57,475 bases of DNA, taken from the NCBI GenBank assembly GCA_964500725.1, contig CAZCNP010000003.1, forward strand, positions 1 to 57,475, read 5' to 3'. The stretch comes from an uncultured Gammaproteobacteria bacterium. GTDB lineage: Bacteria > Patescibacteriota > Microgenomatia > Daviesbacterales > UBA10151. Below the pieces are notes generated by a model. It had not been told where the DNA came from. It worked only from the letters and a program-made list of their open reading frames with translations, and made no database searches. The position numbers and the translations under genes are program-made. Of the stretch, positions 47,732 through 56,452 are shown in pieces. Numbering within the stretch: position 1 is the first letter of the stretch; each line of letters begins with the position of its first letter.

Positions 47732-49615
47732 TTATTTTAGATCTACCGAGTAAATTTTGCCACCATCTAAAAGATAAACCTTTTTGCCAACCTCATCTAC
47801 TGCCAAATCTGTGGCAGCAGCAAACTTACCCCCACTCATTTGGCTTTTATAACCACCTGTTTTAGTTAAAGTTAGCAGCCTGGAGTTACCAGAGTCTAAC
47901 AGATATAAATTATCAGTATCAGATGAAACAAACAGACTTTTGGGATCTTTTACCCCTGAAGGCAACCCTGAAAAAGAAAAGTTATCTTTTACTCCTTTGG
48001 TAAATCTTAAGACCTCTCCCCCACTTTTTAATACATAAATTGATGATTCAATCTGCAGCCTCAAAGCAGATGATAAATCAGCTTTAGTATCTGTACTAAA
48101 ATACTCTCTTTTGTCTGAATAACTATCAGAAGCTGGCAAATATTTCCAGATCATATTCCCTGTTGGATCCAAAAGATAAACATTGCTGGCAAAACCATAA
48201 ATATCTTTAACCCCTCCTAAATCACTGTCTTTTTTAGAAACTACAGCTATTTTTTGATTACTAGTATCAATTCTTAAAACTCCTTTATCTTTGGAGTAAA
48301 CAAAGGCAAAATTACCATTCAAAGAAGCAAATACAGCCTCACCTAATTGTTCTGAACCTGCCAAAATTTGATTGCTTTTCTTGGCAAGATCTACCACTAC
48401 CAAAGTTTTAACAGTTGGATCCAGCAGCAATAACTTACTGCCTGAGAGACTTAACTGAGTAGCTCTAAAGTTTTTCTTAACCAAATCCATATCTAAAAAG
48501 ACAGGAAAATCAGAAATAGAAGATTGTTGCAAAATTGAAGGAGTTTCTTTTTCTATTTGATCTTTTAAACTTTGAGCTTCAGTGCTTTTTGGTTGCAAAA
48601 GCAAAGCTTTTTTAACTTTTTCCAAAGATAAATCCAGTTTAGTTTTAGCCTCATTGGGATTTAAACTAGCCAACCCTTTGGCCCCATTAAAATCATCTTT
48701 GGCCTCTTGCAATGTTTGATTGAATTGAGCCTGAACTTTCCGATCAAGGCTTAATTTATACTGATAGCCTGCACCCAACAGAATAATAATAATTAATATA
48801 ACTGCCACGATTGCCCTGCCCCGACCACTTTGGGGAATATAGATCTTTACTCTACTTACTGCTTTAGCAATTTTACTTAAAACAGCGCTAACATTAAATG
48901 ATGGCCTGGTTGCCCTTTCTTGCTCATCCATTATTTGCTGCTCTTCTTCCTTTTTTTCTTCTGTTGCTGGAAGCGATGAAATTTCTACATCCTCATCAAC
49001 TGCTTCTATTGTCAAAGCAGCCAAGCCTTGGACCTTTGGCAAACTCTCATCTTTTACTTCCTCGCCTTCAGGAACTTTTTTTTCTGAGGCTGTCAATTCT
49101 TCAATTTTACTTCCTACTTCTTCTTCAAAATTTTCAATAGGCAAACTTAAAGATTTATCTAACTCACTCCCAAGAAAACCAGACAGACTATTAGTAGTCA
49201 GCAGCAACCGGTCTCCTGAGGCAATAAACCCTGAAATCAGTTGCTCTTGGGCTGCCACTGACAGAAGCGGGGATAATTTGTCTCCTCTTTTAAGGTAAAC
49301 TTCCACCTGACCTTTGCCTATCAAATACAATACTTTGCCTGAAATAGTTGCTAAACTTAAACTAAAATCTACTCCTTCACCGGTTTTGTTTTTAGCCTCA
49401 TCAAAAGCAGCTTTTAGCTTCTCGGAAATAGTACCTTCAGACTCAAAGTAGAAATCTTCCAGCTCAGAGAGGATTTGCCTGCCTTTGGTAAAAGCATCAT
49501 CGCTAGCAATTTCTAAAACTGCCAAAAAGGTATTATCTTCCCTGGTAGCAGAGCTAACTTGTGCAGCTTTTTGATCAGTATTTAAGCCAACTACTTGAGC
49601 AATCTTTATGTTCAT
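47732..49615 (-). CDS. membrane protein with PP2C-like N-domain and beta-propeller C-domain
   Basis: GDRLLLTT N-domain; central TM; repeated LYLLD propeller blades. Confidence 0.6.
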   Translation of the reverse strand: MNIKIAQVVGLNTDQKAAQVSSATREDNTFLAVLEIASDDAFTKGRQILSELEDFYFESEGTISEKLKAAFDEAKNKTGEGVDFSLSLATISGKVLYLIGKGQVEVYLKRGDKLSPLLSVAAQEQLISGFIASGDRLLLTTNSLSGFLGSELDKSLSLPIENFEEEVGSKIEELTASEKKVPEGEEVKDESLPKVQGLAALTIEAVDEDVEISSLPATEEKKEEEQQIMDEQERATRPSFNVSAVLSKIAKAVSRVKIYIPQSGRGRAIVAVILIIIILLGAGYQYKLSLDRKVQAQFNQTLQEAKDDFNGAKGLASLNPNEAKTKLDLSLEKVKKALLLQPKSTEAQSLKDQIEKETPSILQQSSISDFPVFLDMDLVKKNFRATQLSLSGSKLLLLDPTVKTLVVVDLAKKSNQILAGSEQLGEAVFASLNGNFAFVYSKDKGVLRIDTSNQKIAVVSKKDSDLGGVKDIYGFASNVYLLDPTGNMIWKYLPASDSYSDKREYFSTDTKADLSSALRLQIESSIYVLKSGGEVLRFTKGVKDNFSFSGLPSGVKDPKSLFVSSDTDNLYLLDSGNSRLLTLTKTGGYKSQMSGGKFAAATDLAVDEVGKKVYLLDGGKIYSVDLK

Positions 49616-49676
49616 AATTTGAGTCCGCGAAAATTCTTTTCCGTAGGAAAATAGTCCTACGGTTTATAGTCCACGT

Positions 49677-49913
49677 CTATAGTATCCCCCAAACTAAAAT
49701 GATTAAACCAATGGCAAAACCTGCATGAAGAATAGAAAAAGCTTTCAGTACCGGCGAAACTTTAGTAATCAAAGTTTTGCTCATAAGATCTACTTGTCTG
49801 ACAATCAGTAATGCAAATATAGCGTAAAACACCAAAATAAGCAAAATTGCCCCTTTGGCAAACATTAAAGTAACTCCTAAATCAAGTAGATTAACCGGGG
49901 TGGTGGTAGGCAT
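49677..49913 (-). CDS. DUF5657-like membrane protein
   Basis: YAIFALLIVRQVDLM motif; ATG 49913 after GGGAGGG. Confidence 0.7.
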   Translation of the reverse strand: MPTTTPVNLLDLGVTLMFAKGAILLILVFYAIFALLIVRQVDLMSKTLITKVSPVLKAFSILHAGFAIGLIILVWGIL

Positions 49914-50466
49914 CCCTCCCCTTTCCATAAATTTTATGCGCTTCATCTAAAATAAAATCTGCCACATGATGTGGTCTTGGCACAAAGGTCAGTTCAATAT
50001 TTTTTGCAGCGCCAGCTGTTTGAATAAATACATTACCGAAGTGAAAAATTGAACTTAAAATCCCTCCCATAGAAGATGAGGTGTCCTCAATATTCCGGAG
50101 AGGCGCTACATCAATATTTTTAAATAAAATTGAATGAAAATCCACATCAACAATATTTTTATCAGTCACAATATAGACATTAAAATACCAATGCAAAAAT
50201 CCTTCAAAAACAATTATCAAAACCAAAAGATAATTGATTATTAAAAATACCAGCCCAAAGGTTTCTGGGATTGATGATAAATCTAAATTAAGAAACTGGG
50301 AAACTGTTAGTGCCAAAAAAGGGGCTAAAAAAAGCAGCAAAGCAGGAATAATCCAATTGAAATTAGTAATTGGATGAGCTCTTAAAAGGAGTAATATTTG
50401 CTCATCTGTGTCCTGACCTTCAAAACGATAATTAGTAGGTTTTTCAATATAAGAGGATAGCATCAA
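49891..50466 (-). CDS. membrane protein with bacterial PH domain
   Basis: LLRAHP, WYFNVYIVTDKNIVD, FGNVFIQTAG. Confidence 0.8.
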   Translation of the reverse strand: MMLSSYIEKPTNYRFEGQDTDEQILLLLRAHPITNFNWIIPALLLFLAPFLALTVSQFLNLDLSSIPETFGLVFLIINYLLVLIIVFEGFLHWYFNVYIVTDKNIVDVDFHSILFKNIDVAPLRNIEDTSSSMGGILSSIFHFGNVFIQTAGAAKNIELTFVPRPHHVADFILDEAHKIYGKGRDAYHHPG

Positions 50467-50486
50467 GGCCAGTATATACCATTAAC

Positions 50487-52244
50487 CTATCTTTTTTCTA
50501 CATTAAATAAAGGCCCAACAATGTTGATATTAGATGGAGCCCTCAAGTTAAAGTAATCTTTGAATTCACTGCCAGAAAATGATTCTGATTTACCATCTCC
50601 TGACACTGTGACTGAGCTAGTCCTACCTGAGCCAAAATCAGCTGATACAGACACATCAGAAATAGAATTAAAAGCCCTAGATCCTAACTCACTTTTAACC
50701 CTATTTGCATCCCAGGTTTCTTGCCCATCAGGGTTAGGTTTATCAATTTGGGACAGGTGCACTTGGGTACTGGAGTCTTTTTTGGCAAGCATTAAAACAT
50801 TGACTATATCAGCCAGCTCTTCAGGTTTTAACCAGGCAGTTTTATTATATTGGGCCCTAGATCCCCAATCACAGTAAAAAATGGGTGAGTTTTTATCATA
50901 TGCATTATTTTGCAAATCTGCAAAACTTCCAATACCTCCAGTTGTATCCTGAGCCCTCTTGGTAAAAGCTGTTGAACTCCAACCAATGTCACCAGAGTTA
51001 AAAATATAACCTCCATGGGTTGAAGAATACCAAGCCTTAATAGGCTGCCCGCCAGAGGTCATCACTACTCCTCTGGTAGCCTCCACAGCAGCTTGCCAGT
51101 TACCATCATTAATTTCTTTTTTGACCACCTGGCATTGCTGGCTGGGACAAATTGGACCTGATCCATTGTTGGTATAAGCCAAAGCATAAGACCTGGCAGC
51201 AATAGCTTGGGCTTTTAAGGCTTCCATTGGCCATCCTGCCGGCATCTCATATAAATGTTTGACATAATCTTCAATATTTAAAGCTTCATCAAAAGACTGC
51301 CCATATTCATTTGTGCCTCTTACATGAATATTTATGCCTTGGTTGTAGCCCGTGGTGTAATCAGCATTATAGTAAGCTTTTAAAATGCTTTCTGCATTTT
51401 GCCCAGCCTCTGCCCTACCTTTGGCTCCAAACTGATTTAAACCGACTCTATTGGGAACTCCATAAGAAAACATGGCAAACCGGGGAGCAAACCCAGGATC
51501 AATGCTTCGATCGTCAGTACACCCCCCTTTCATAGAATAGGCTGATTTGGGTAAATTTAAGCTGCCTAATTTTGCAGCCAGCAACTCTTGCTGTCTGGCT
51601 GAAAGTTGGGCAATTTTACCTGTTAGATCTGCCTGATAAGCTTTGGCTTTTTTGATTTCCCCACCTAAAAAGGCAGCATTTTTATCAACTTCTGCCTGCA
51701 AAAGGGCCAATCTAGTTTTATCTTTTTCCAGCTTGGTTTTTTCAGTTAAAAGATCTATCACTTCAGAGGTTATGGAAACAATTATTTGGCGGTCTTCCCG
51801 AGTTACAGATTGGCGGTATGACAGCTCTCTAAATAAATCCCCTGCTCCAATTGAGGATAAAATTACTGTTAAAGGATCTGTTAGAAAGGAGCGGATATAG
51901 TAGGCTTTAACTCTTTGTTCCAGTAAGGCTTGCTGCAAGGCTATCTTATCTTCCCTGATATCTAAATCTTTTTGTTTTTGGGTAATACTGGCAGATAACC
52001 CATCAATAGTAGCCTGGATTTGGGCCAGCTGTCTTTCCAGTCCTGCCAGCTGCCCTTCCAAAGGTTTGGTGGCTTTAACAGATAACTCTCTGGCTTCACT
52101 TAGCTCCTTAATCTGTTTTCCTAAATCATCTATTTCATCAGCATGGACAATTGGTAGTATGTAGAAGGTAGTAAGTATTATGCATAAAAATCCCATAATA
52201 CATAACACATAATACATACCACTTTTCTTGGGATGGGCAATCAT
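50487..52244 (-). CDS. SpoIID/LytB domain protein with N-terminal coiled coil
   Basis: LYEMPAGWPMEALKAQAIAARSY, CQV, YSSTHGG; exact start uncertain. Confidence 0.88.
   Translation of the reverse strand: MIAHPKKSGMYYVLCIMGFLCIILTTFYILPIVHADEIDDLGKQIKELSEARELSVKATKPLEGQLAGLERQLAQIQATIDGLSASITQKQKDLDIREDKIALQQALLEQRVKAYYIRSFLTDPLTVILSSIGAGDLFRELSYRQSVTREDRQIIVSITSEVIDLLTEKTKLEKDKTRLALLQAEVDKNAAFLGGEIKKAKAYQADLTGKIAQLSARQQELLAAKLGSLNLPKSAYSMKGGCTDDRSIDPGFAPRFAMFSYGVPNRVGLNQFGAKGRAEAGQNAESILKAYYNADYTTGYNQGINIHVRGTNEYGQSFDEALNIEDYVKHLYEMPAGWPMEALKAQAIAARSYALAYTNNGSGPICPSQQCQVVKKEINDGNWQAAVEATRGVVMTSGGQPIKAWYSSTHGGYIFNSGDIGWSSTAFTKRAQDTTGGIGSFADLQNNAYDKNSPIFYCDWGSRAQYNKTAWLKPEELADIVNVLMLAKKDSSTQVHLSQIDKPNPDGQETWDANRVKSELGSRAFNSISDVSVSADFGSGRTSSVTVSGDGKSESFSGSEFKDYFNLRAPSNINIVGPLFNVEKR
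52154..52221. repeat. inverted heptamer-repeat hairpin within signal-peptide coding region
   Basis: GTAGTAT/GTAGAAG/GTAGTAA/GTATTAT arm facing CATAATA/CATAACA/CATAATA arm. Confidence 0.6.
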
Positions 52245-52333
52245 GCCCTAAAATTCTACCATATATATCTCCGCGGCAAAATATACCCTTATGTATATAA
52301 GGGAGATATTGACATTATGGTAAAATTGTAGTA

Positions 52334-52648
52334 TTGTATTTATATATGATTACTCAAAAAATGACAGCAAAAGAGGCAAGAGATAATTTCACTGACTTGT
52401 TAGGTACTGTTTATTATGGCAAGGAAGTAGTAATGGTGGAGAAAAAAGGCAGGCCTTTTGCTGTAGTGATAAATCCCAGTGAATATGAAAACTATCAAAA
52501 CTTTAAAAAAGTAGCTAAAAAGCGCTTCTTTGAACTAGTGGATGAAATTCAAGCTGCCAATAAAGATAAGTCTTTTGATAAGATTTACAAGGATGTAACT
52601 AAAATTGTTGAAGAAGTCCGTAAAGAGCGCTATGCCAAAGGTAAGTAA
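52334..52648 (+). CDS. Phd/YefM antitoxin
   Basis: MTAKEARDNFTDLL...VEKKGRPFAVVI. Confidence 0.9.
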   Translation: MYLYMITQKMTAKEARDNFTDLLGTVYYGKEVVMVEKKGRPFAVVINPSEYENYQNFKKVAKKRFFELVDEIQAANKDKSFDKIYKDVTKIVEEVRKERYAKGK

Positions 52649-53084
52649 ATTAAAGGTCGTAATAGATACTAACCTTCTAATCAGTGCTATTATTACTGCG
52701 CGAAGTAATCCAGATAAAGTTATTCAGATATGGAAAAAGGACATCTTTATTCTTCTTGTTTCACAACAGTTGATGAGTGAGCTTGAAGAAGTTATCTCCA
52801 GGAAAAAGTTTTTAAATTATCATGCTGTATTTAAAGAAAAAGGTGAAGAGCTTATTGCATCCCTGAAAGCAGCAGCTGAAGCAGTAGATCCCTTACCGGT
52901 TGAGAAGTTACCGATTCATAGTAGAGACCCTAAAGATGATTATCTGCTGTCTGCCTCTTTAGGAGGAAAAGCTGATTATCTAGTTACAGGAGATGAAGAC
53001 TTACTTGTACTTCAGACTAACCCAAATTTGGGGAAACTCCAAATTATTACGATTAAAGAATTCTTATCTAAACTTAAACCCTAG
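52632..53084 (+). CDS. PIN-domain toxin
   Basis: VVIDTNLLIS, RDPKDD, LVTGDEDLL. Confidence 0.9.
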   Translation: MPKVSKLKVVIDTNLLISAIITARSNPDKVIQIWKKDIFILLVSQQLMSELEEVISRKKFLNYHAVFKEKGEELIASLKAAAEAVDPLPVEKLPIHSRDPKDDYLLSASLGGKADYLVTGDEDLLVLQTNPNLGKLQIITIKEFLSKLKP

Positions 53085-53152
53085 TTTCAACCCCCAAATG
53101 TCCAAAATTGAAATCTTGACATTTATTACAGAAGTAATATAATTGTATTATT

Positions 53153-53449
53153 ATGCAAAGAACAGTTTTACAAGTTCCATTACCAAAAGAGTTAAAAATA
53201 AGCGCTGAAAAAGCTGCTCAGGATGCTGGATTTTCTTCCTTGCAGGAAGTCTTGAGGGTGTTTATGAAAAAATTTGCCAGTAAAAAAATTGATCTTGCTT
53301 TTGAAGAGGAAGTTACTTATCTTTCTCCTAAGGCAGAAAAAAGATACACAAAAATTATGCATGATATTGAAAACGGCAAAGAAAAGGTTTATACAACAAA
53401 AAGTGTTGATGACTTCTTAAACCAACTTCATAGTTATGACAAAGATTAG
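53153..53449 (+). CDS. putative RHH/RelB-like antitoxin
   Basis: VLQVPL...GFSSLQEVLRVF; acidic tail; coupled to toxin. Confidence 0.7.
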   Translation: MQRTVLQVPLPKELKISAEKAAQDAGFSSLQEVLRVFMKKFASKKIDLAFEEEVTYLSPKAEKRYTKIMHDIENGKEKVYTTKSVDDFLNQLHSYDKD

Positions 53450-53702
53450 GTATATCGGGAATTTTATTAAGCATTTCAATAAACGTATTGAACCACATCC
53501 TAACTTAAATCAGAAATTCGATGAAAGAATCAAACTATTTTTAGCTAGTTCAAATAACCCAATTCTTAAGAATCATCAACTAAAAGGGAATAAGATTGGC
53601 TTCAGAGCGTTTTCCATCACTGGAGATATTCGAGTTGTTTATTATACAAAAGAAAACTTTATATACTTTATTGATATCGGTACTCATAATCAAGTTTACT
53701 GA
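53436..53702 (+). CDS. YafQ/RelE-family mRNA interferase toxin
   Basis: LKNHQLKG...RAFSITGDIRVVY...IGTHNQVY. Confidence 0.88.
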   Translation: MTKIRYIGNFIKHFNKRIEPHPNLNQKFDERIKLFLASSNNPILKNHQLKGNKIGFRAFSITGDIRVVYYTKENFIYFIDIGTHNQVY

Positions 53703-53760
53703 TGAATCCCTAGACTCTAACAACTAGCCACTGTTTTAAAATTGTGCTAAGCTAATTTTA

Positions 53761-55221
53761 ATGTCCAAAGTATTAATTATTCTTTTGTGTTTAATTTTTG
53801 CCTTTTGGAATATTCCTCAGACCGATAGAATTTTTGCTGCAGATCCATTTCGCTGCAGCCAGATAGGAATCGAAACTAAAATCAGTTACAACTTAAACAA
53901 TCAACTGTTCTACTTAAATAACAACGAAACAATACCAGAAGGGACAGCAGCTATTTATTTTGAAATTTCAGGACCTTTAGAAAATGGCATTACTTATCAA
54001 CTAGATTTTGGCAACGGTAAAACAAATACCAAAGAGGCTACTAACGGAAAACTCGATTACCTAGAAACTAACGAACCAAATTTACTTTCAGGAGGCCCTC
54101 ATTTTGGTAAATTGATGAAAATAGGTTCAACCATCCCCTTCTGCACAGAAATAAATTATTATGTAGGCAATAAATACTCTGATACTGATTGTCGAATAAA
54201 ACTAAGCTCCGACCCTGGCTTTCCTGCAATCAATCAACCTGTCAGCGCAACAGCGCAACATGCTCCAGCTAAAACTTATTCTATTATTTATTCCACAGAT
54301 GATTTCCTAGATAAAAACAAACAAAGCAATAAGGAAGTCACAGTGGATAGAAATGGAGACGGTAACTTTACCTTTTATACGGGCAGTGTCCCTTTGCAAA
54401 ATGCGGAAATCGCACTACAATATACTCTATATGAACCTATTAGCGGAGCAACTATACCTACACAGTTATGCCGCCGAAGATTTAATATTACCCCTGTTGC
54501 GCAACCTACACAAATTCAATGCACAATCGTTCCTGACTCCCAAGAGATTACTGTTTTCAAAGACGTTTGGGTAAATATTACTAATGCAAATGCAGGAAAC
54601 CTATATCAGGCGATACTGTTCAATCAGAATAACAAAAATGATCCAAATAGCCCCCCTTATTTCAAAACAGATTGGTTTGGCGCTAATAGAGATGGTACTG
54701 TCAAAATTCAGCTTAATAAACCACCCCAGAAGTTACCAGAGGATAATTATATTCTAAAGGTTCTAAGAGAAAACACAAGTGCGGTATGCACCAAAGAATT
54801 TTCTGTCAAACAAAACGTGGCTCAATTGACACCAGCTACCCAGAAATGCGGTGTTGACAAAGACGAAAATGGCAATATTATTCCTTGTTCTGAAGGAGGA
54901 GGAGATTCTTGTACAGCAAATCCCGATGATGGAAGAGGTCCTGCTTTCAAAACTGCTATTGGATGTGTTCATACTAATCCTGCTGAATTTGTCAAAGATT
55001 TAATGAAGTTTATGATTGGAATTGGTGGAGGCTTGTCATTTTTAATGATGCTTTTGGGAGCTTATCAAATGCTTTCCTCTGGGGGGAATCCAGAAAGTCT
55101 TAAAGCTGGACAAGATAGGATAACCAGCGCTGTAACTGGACTTCTATTCATTATCTTTTCCATTTTGCTACTACAAATCATTGGAGTTGATATACTAGCA
55201 ATACCAGGGTTTGGAAAATAA
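53761..55221 (+). CDS. large secreted protein with C-terminal VirB2/TrbC-like pilin domain
   Basis: Signal peptide; beta-rich Cys-containing middle; TAIGC...GAYQMLSSGGNPE...A...ITSAVTGL. Confidence 0.78.
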   Translation: MSKVLIILLCLIFAFWNIPQTDRIFAADPFRCSQIGIETKISYNLNNQLFYLNNNETIPEGTAAIYFEISGPLENGITYQLDFGNGKTNTKEATNGKLDYLETNEPNLLSGGPHFGKLMKIGSTIPFCTEINYYVGNKYSDTDCRIKLSSDPGFPAINQPVSATAQHAPAKTYSIIYSTDDFLDKNKQSNKEVTVDRNGDGNFTFYTGSVPLQNAEIALQYTLYEPISGATIPTQLCRRRFNITPVAQPTQIQCTIVPDSQEITVFKDVWVNITNANAGNLYQAILFNQNNKNDPNSPPYFKTDWFGANRDGTVKIQLNKPPQKLPEDNYILKVLRENTSAVCTKEFSVKQNVAQLTPATQKCGVDKDENGNIIPCSEGGGDSCTANPDDGRGPAFKTAIGCVHTNPAEFVKDLMKFMIGIGGGLSFLMMLLGAYQMLSSGGNPESLKAGQDRITSAVTGLLFIIFSILLLQIIGVDILAIPGFGK

Positions 55222-55225
55222 AATT

Positions 55226-55287
55226 GTAGTAAGTATTAAGTAGTATGTATTATGGGAAAAAGCATAATACTTAATACATGATACATA
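55226..55287. repeat. heptamer inverted-repeat hairpin and first 28-bp direct repeat
   Basis: GTAGTAAGTATTAAGTAGTATGTATTATG faces CATAATACTTAATACATGATAC; 55260-55287 repeated at 55665-55692. Confidence 0.8.
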
Positions 55288-55679
55288 TCATGCAAAACGC
55301 AGAATACACAGCAATCAAATCATTTACTGATCTTAATACCTGGAAAGAAGGTCATCAATTAGTATTGGCAATTTATAAAATGACAAAATTATTTCCTTCT
55401 GATGAAAAATTCGGCTTAATTAATCAAATACAAAGAGCTTCTGTTTCTATAACCAGTAATATCGCTGAAGGTTTTTCTCGACATTCCAACAAAGAAAAGA
55501 TCCAATTTTACTATACTGCTTTAGGATCACTAACCGAGGTGCAAAATCAGCTGTTAATCTCTAGTGACCTTGAATATATTGACTCTTCACTTTTTAATGA
55601 GATATCTCAGAAAACAGTTATTGTTAGTAAACTTCTTAACGGCTTGATCAAAAGTGTTAAAAAGAAGCATAATACTTAA
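55278..55679 (+). CDS. four-helix-bundle protein (23S rRNA IVP/S23-like family)
   Basis: FTDLNTWK, FPSDEKFGLINQIQRASVSITSNIAEG. Confidence 0.92.
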   Translation: MIHIMQNAEYTAIKSFTDLNTWKEGHQLVLAIYKMTKLFPSDEKFGLINQIQRASVSITSNIAEGFSRHSNKEKIQFYYTALGSLTEVQNQLLISSDLEYIDSSLFNEISQKTVIVSKLLNGLIKSVKKKHNT

Positions 55680-55692
55680 TACATGATACATA
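55665..55692 (+). repeat. second 28-bp direct repeat
   Basis: AAGCATAATACTTAATACATGATACATA identical to 55260-55287. Confidence 0.85.
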
Positions 55693-56024
55693 ATACTGTT
55701 GTGAAAATAGCCTTAAAATTACCAGGCGGGAACGAAGTGCCGCAACCACCTGAACTAACCAATCTAGGCTTTAATAATCTAGCCAGCCTTATCTCTGGAC
55801 TTTTAAATATTGTTTTTTATTTGGCTGTATTCTTTGCTTTTTACTGGTTAGTTTGGGGAGCTTTTCAATATATACTAGCCCAAGGCAAGAAAGAAGAATT
55901 AGGAAAAGCCAAAGCTAGGATTACTTGGGCTTTAATAGGTCTTATAGTTATTCTTCTGGCCTTTATCATTACCAAATTTGCAGCTGAAATATTCCCACCA
56001 AGCAAAGGAGGATTACCATTCTAA
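55683..56024 (+). CDS. VirB2/TrbC-like pilin
   Basis: GAFQYILAQG.KE...AKARITWALIGL. Confidence 0.82.
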   Translation: MIHNTVVKIALKLPGGNEVPQPPELTNLGFNNLASLISGLLNIVFYLAVFFAFYWLVWGAFQYILAQGKKEELGKAKARITWALIGLIVILLAFIITKFAAEIFPPSKGGLPF

Positions 56025-56030
56025 AAAATT

Positions 56031-56113
56031 TACAATGTACAATTTAAAATTTACAATTAAACTTACCTTCCTACTTTTTACTTTTTACATTTTACATTCT
56101 ACATTCTACATTT
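56031..56113 (+). repeat. heptamer tandem repeats (TACAATT/TACATTC-type) x10
   Basis: Same unit as in tlyA at 41077-41111. Confidence 0.75.
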
Positions 56114-56436
56114 CTCCTGTTTATGCTGAAGTGGACTTAGGAGCTGAAGTGGACTTAGGAGCTAAATTTGGCTTTGGAGGTATTAGATCCCTAGGACAAG
56201 GAACCTCTAAATTGGTAGGCCCTGCATTTTCTATAGCAGCTGCAATAGTAGTTATCTATTTTCTTTTGGGGGCTTTTAAATATTTAAAGGCTGAGGCAAA
56301 TAAAGAAGAACTTGAAGGAGCAAGACAAATGATTACCCAATCTATTATTGGCTTTATACTGCTAATCTTTGTTTTCTTTATCCTGCCATTTATACTAGCA
56401 AGACTATTTGGCATTACTACTTTCCAACTATTTTAA
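56035..56436 (+). CDS. VirB2/TrbC-like pilin
   Basis: GAFKYLKAEANKE...ARQMITQSIIG; signal region built from heptamer repeats; 18-bp tandem duplication (AEVDLG x2). Confidence 0.8.
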   Translation: MYNLKFTIKLTFLLFTFYILHSTFYISPVYAEVDLGAEVDLGAKFGFGGIRSLGQGTSKLVGPAFSIAAAIVVIYFLLGAFKYLKAEANKEELEGARQMITQSIIGFILLIFVFFILPFILARLFGITTFQLF

Positions 56437-56452
56437 ACTTAAGAAGTAAAGA

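Noticed and set aside
55278-55679. Diversity-generating retroelement accessory (Avd)
   Set aside because: The fold family is related, but no reverse transcriptase or TR/VR pair is visible.
56125-56163. 18-bp tandem duplication in the pilin as a phase-variation device
   Set aside because: In frame, only two copies; more likely simple slippage or an assembly artefact.
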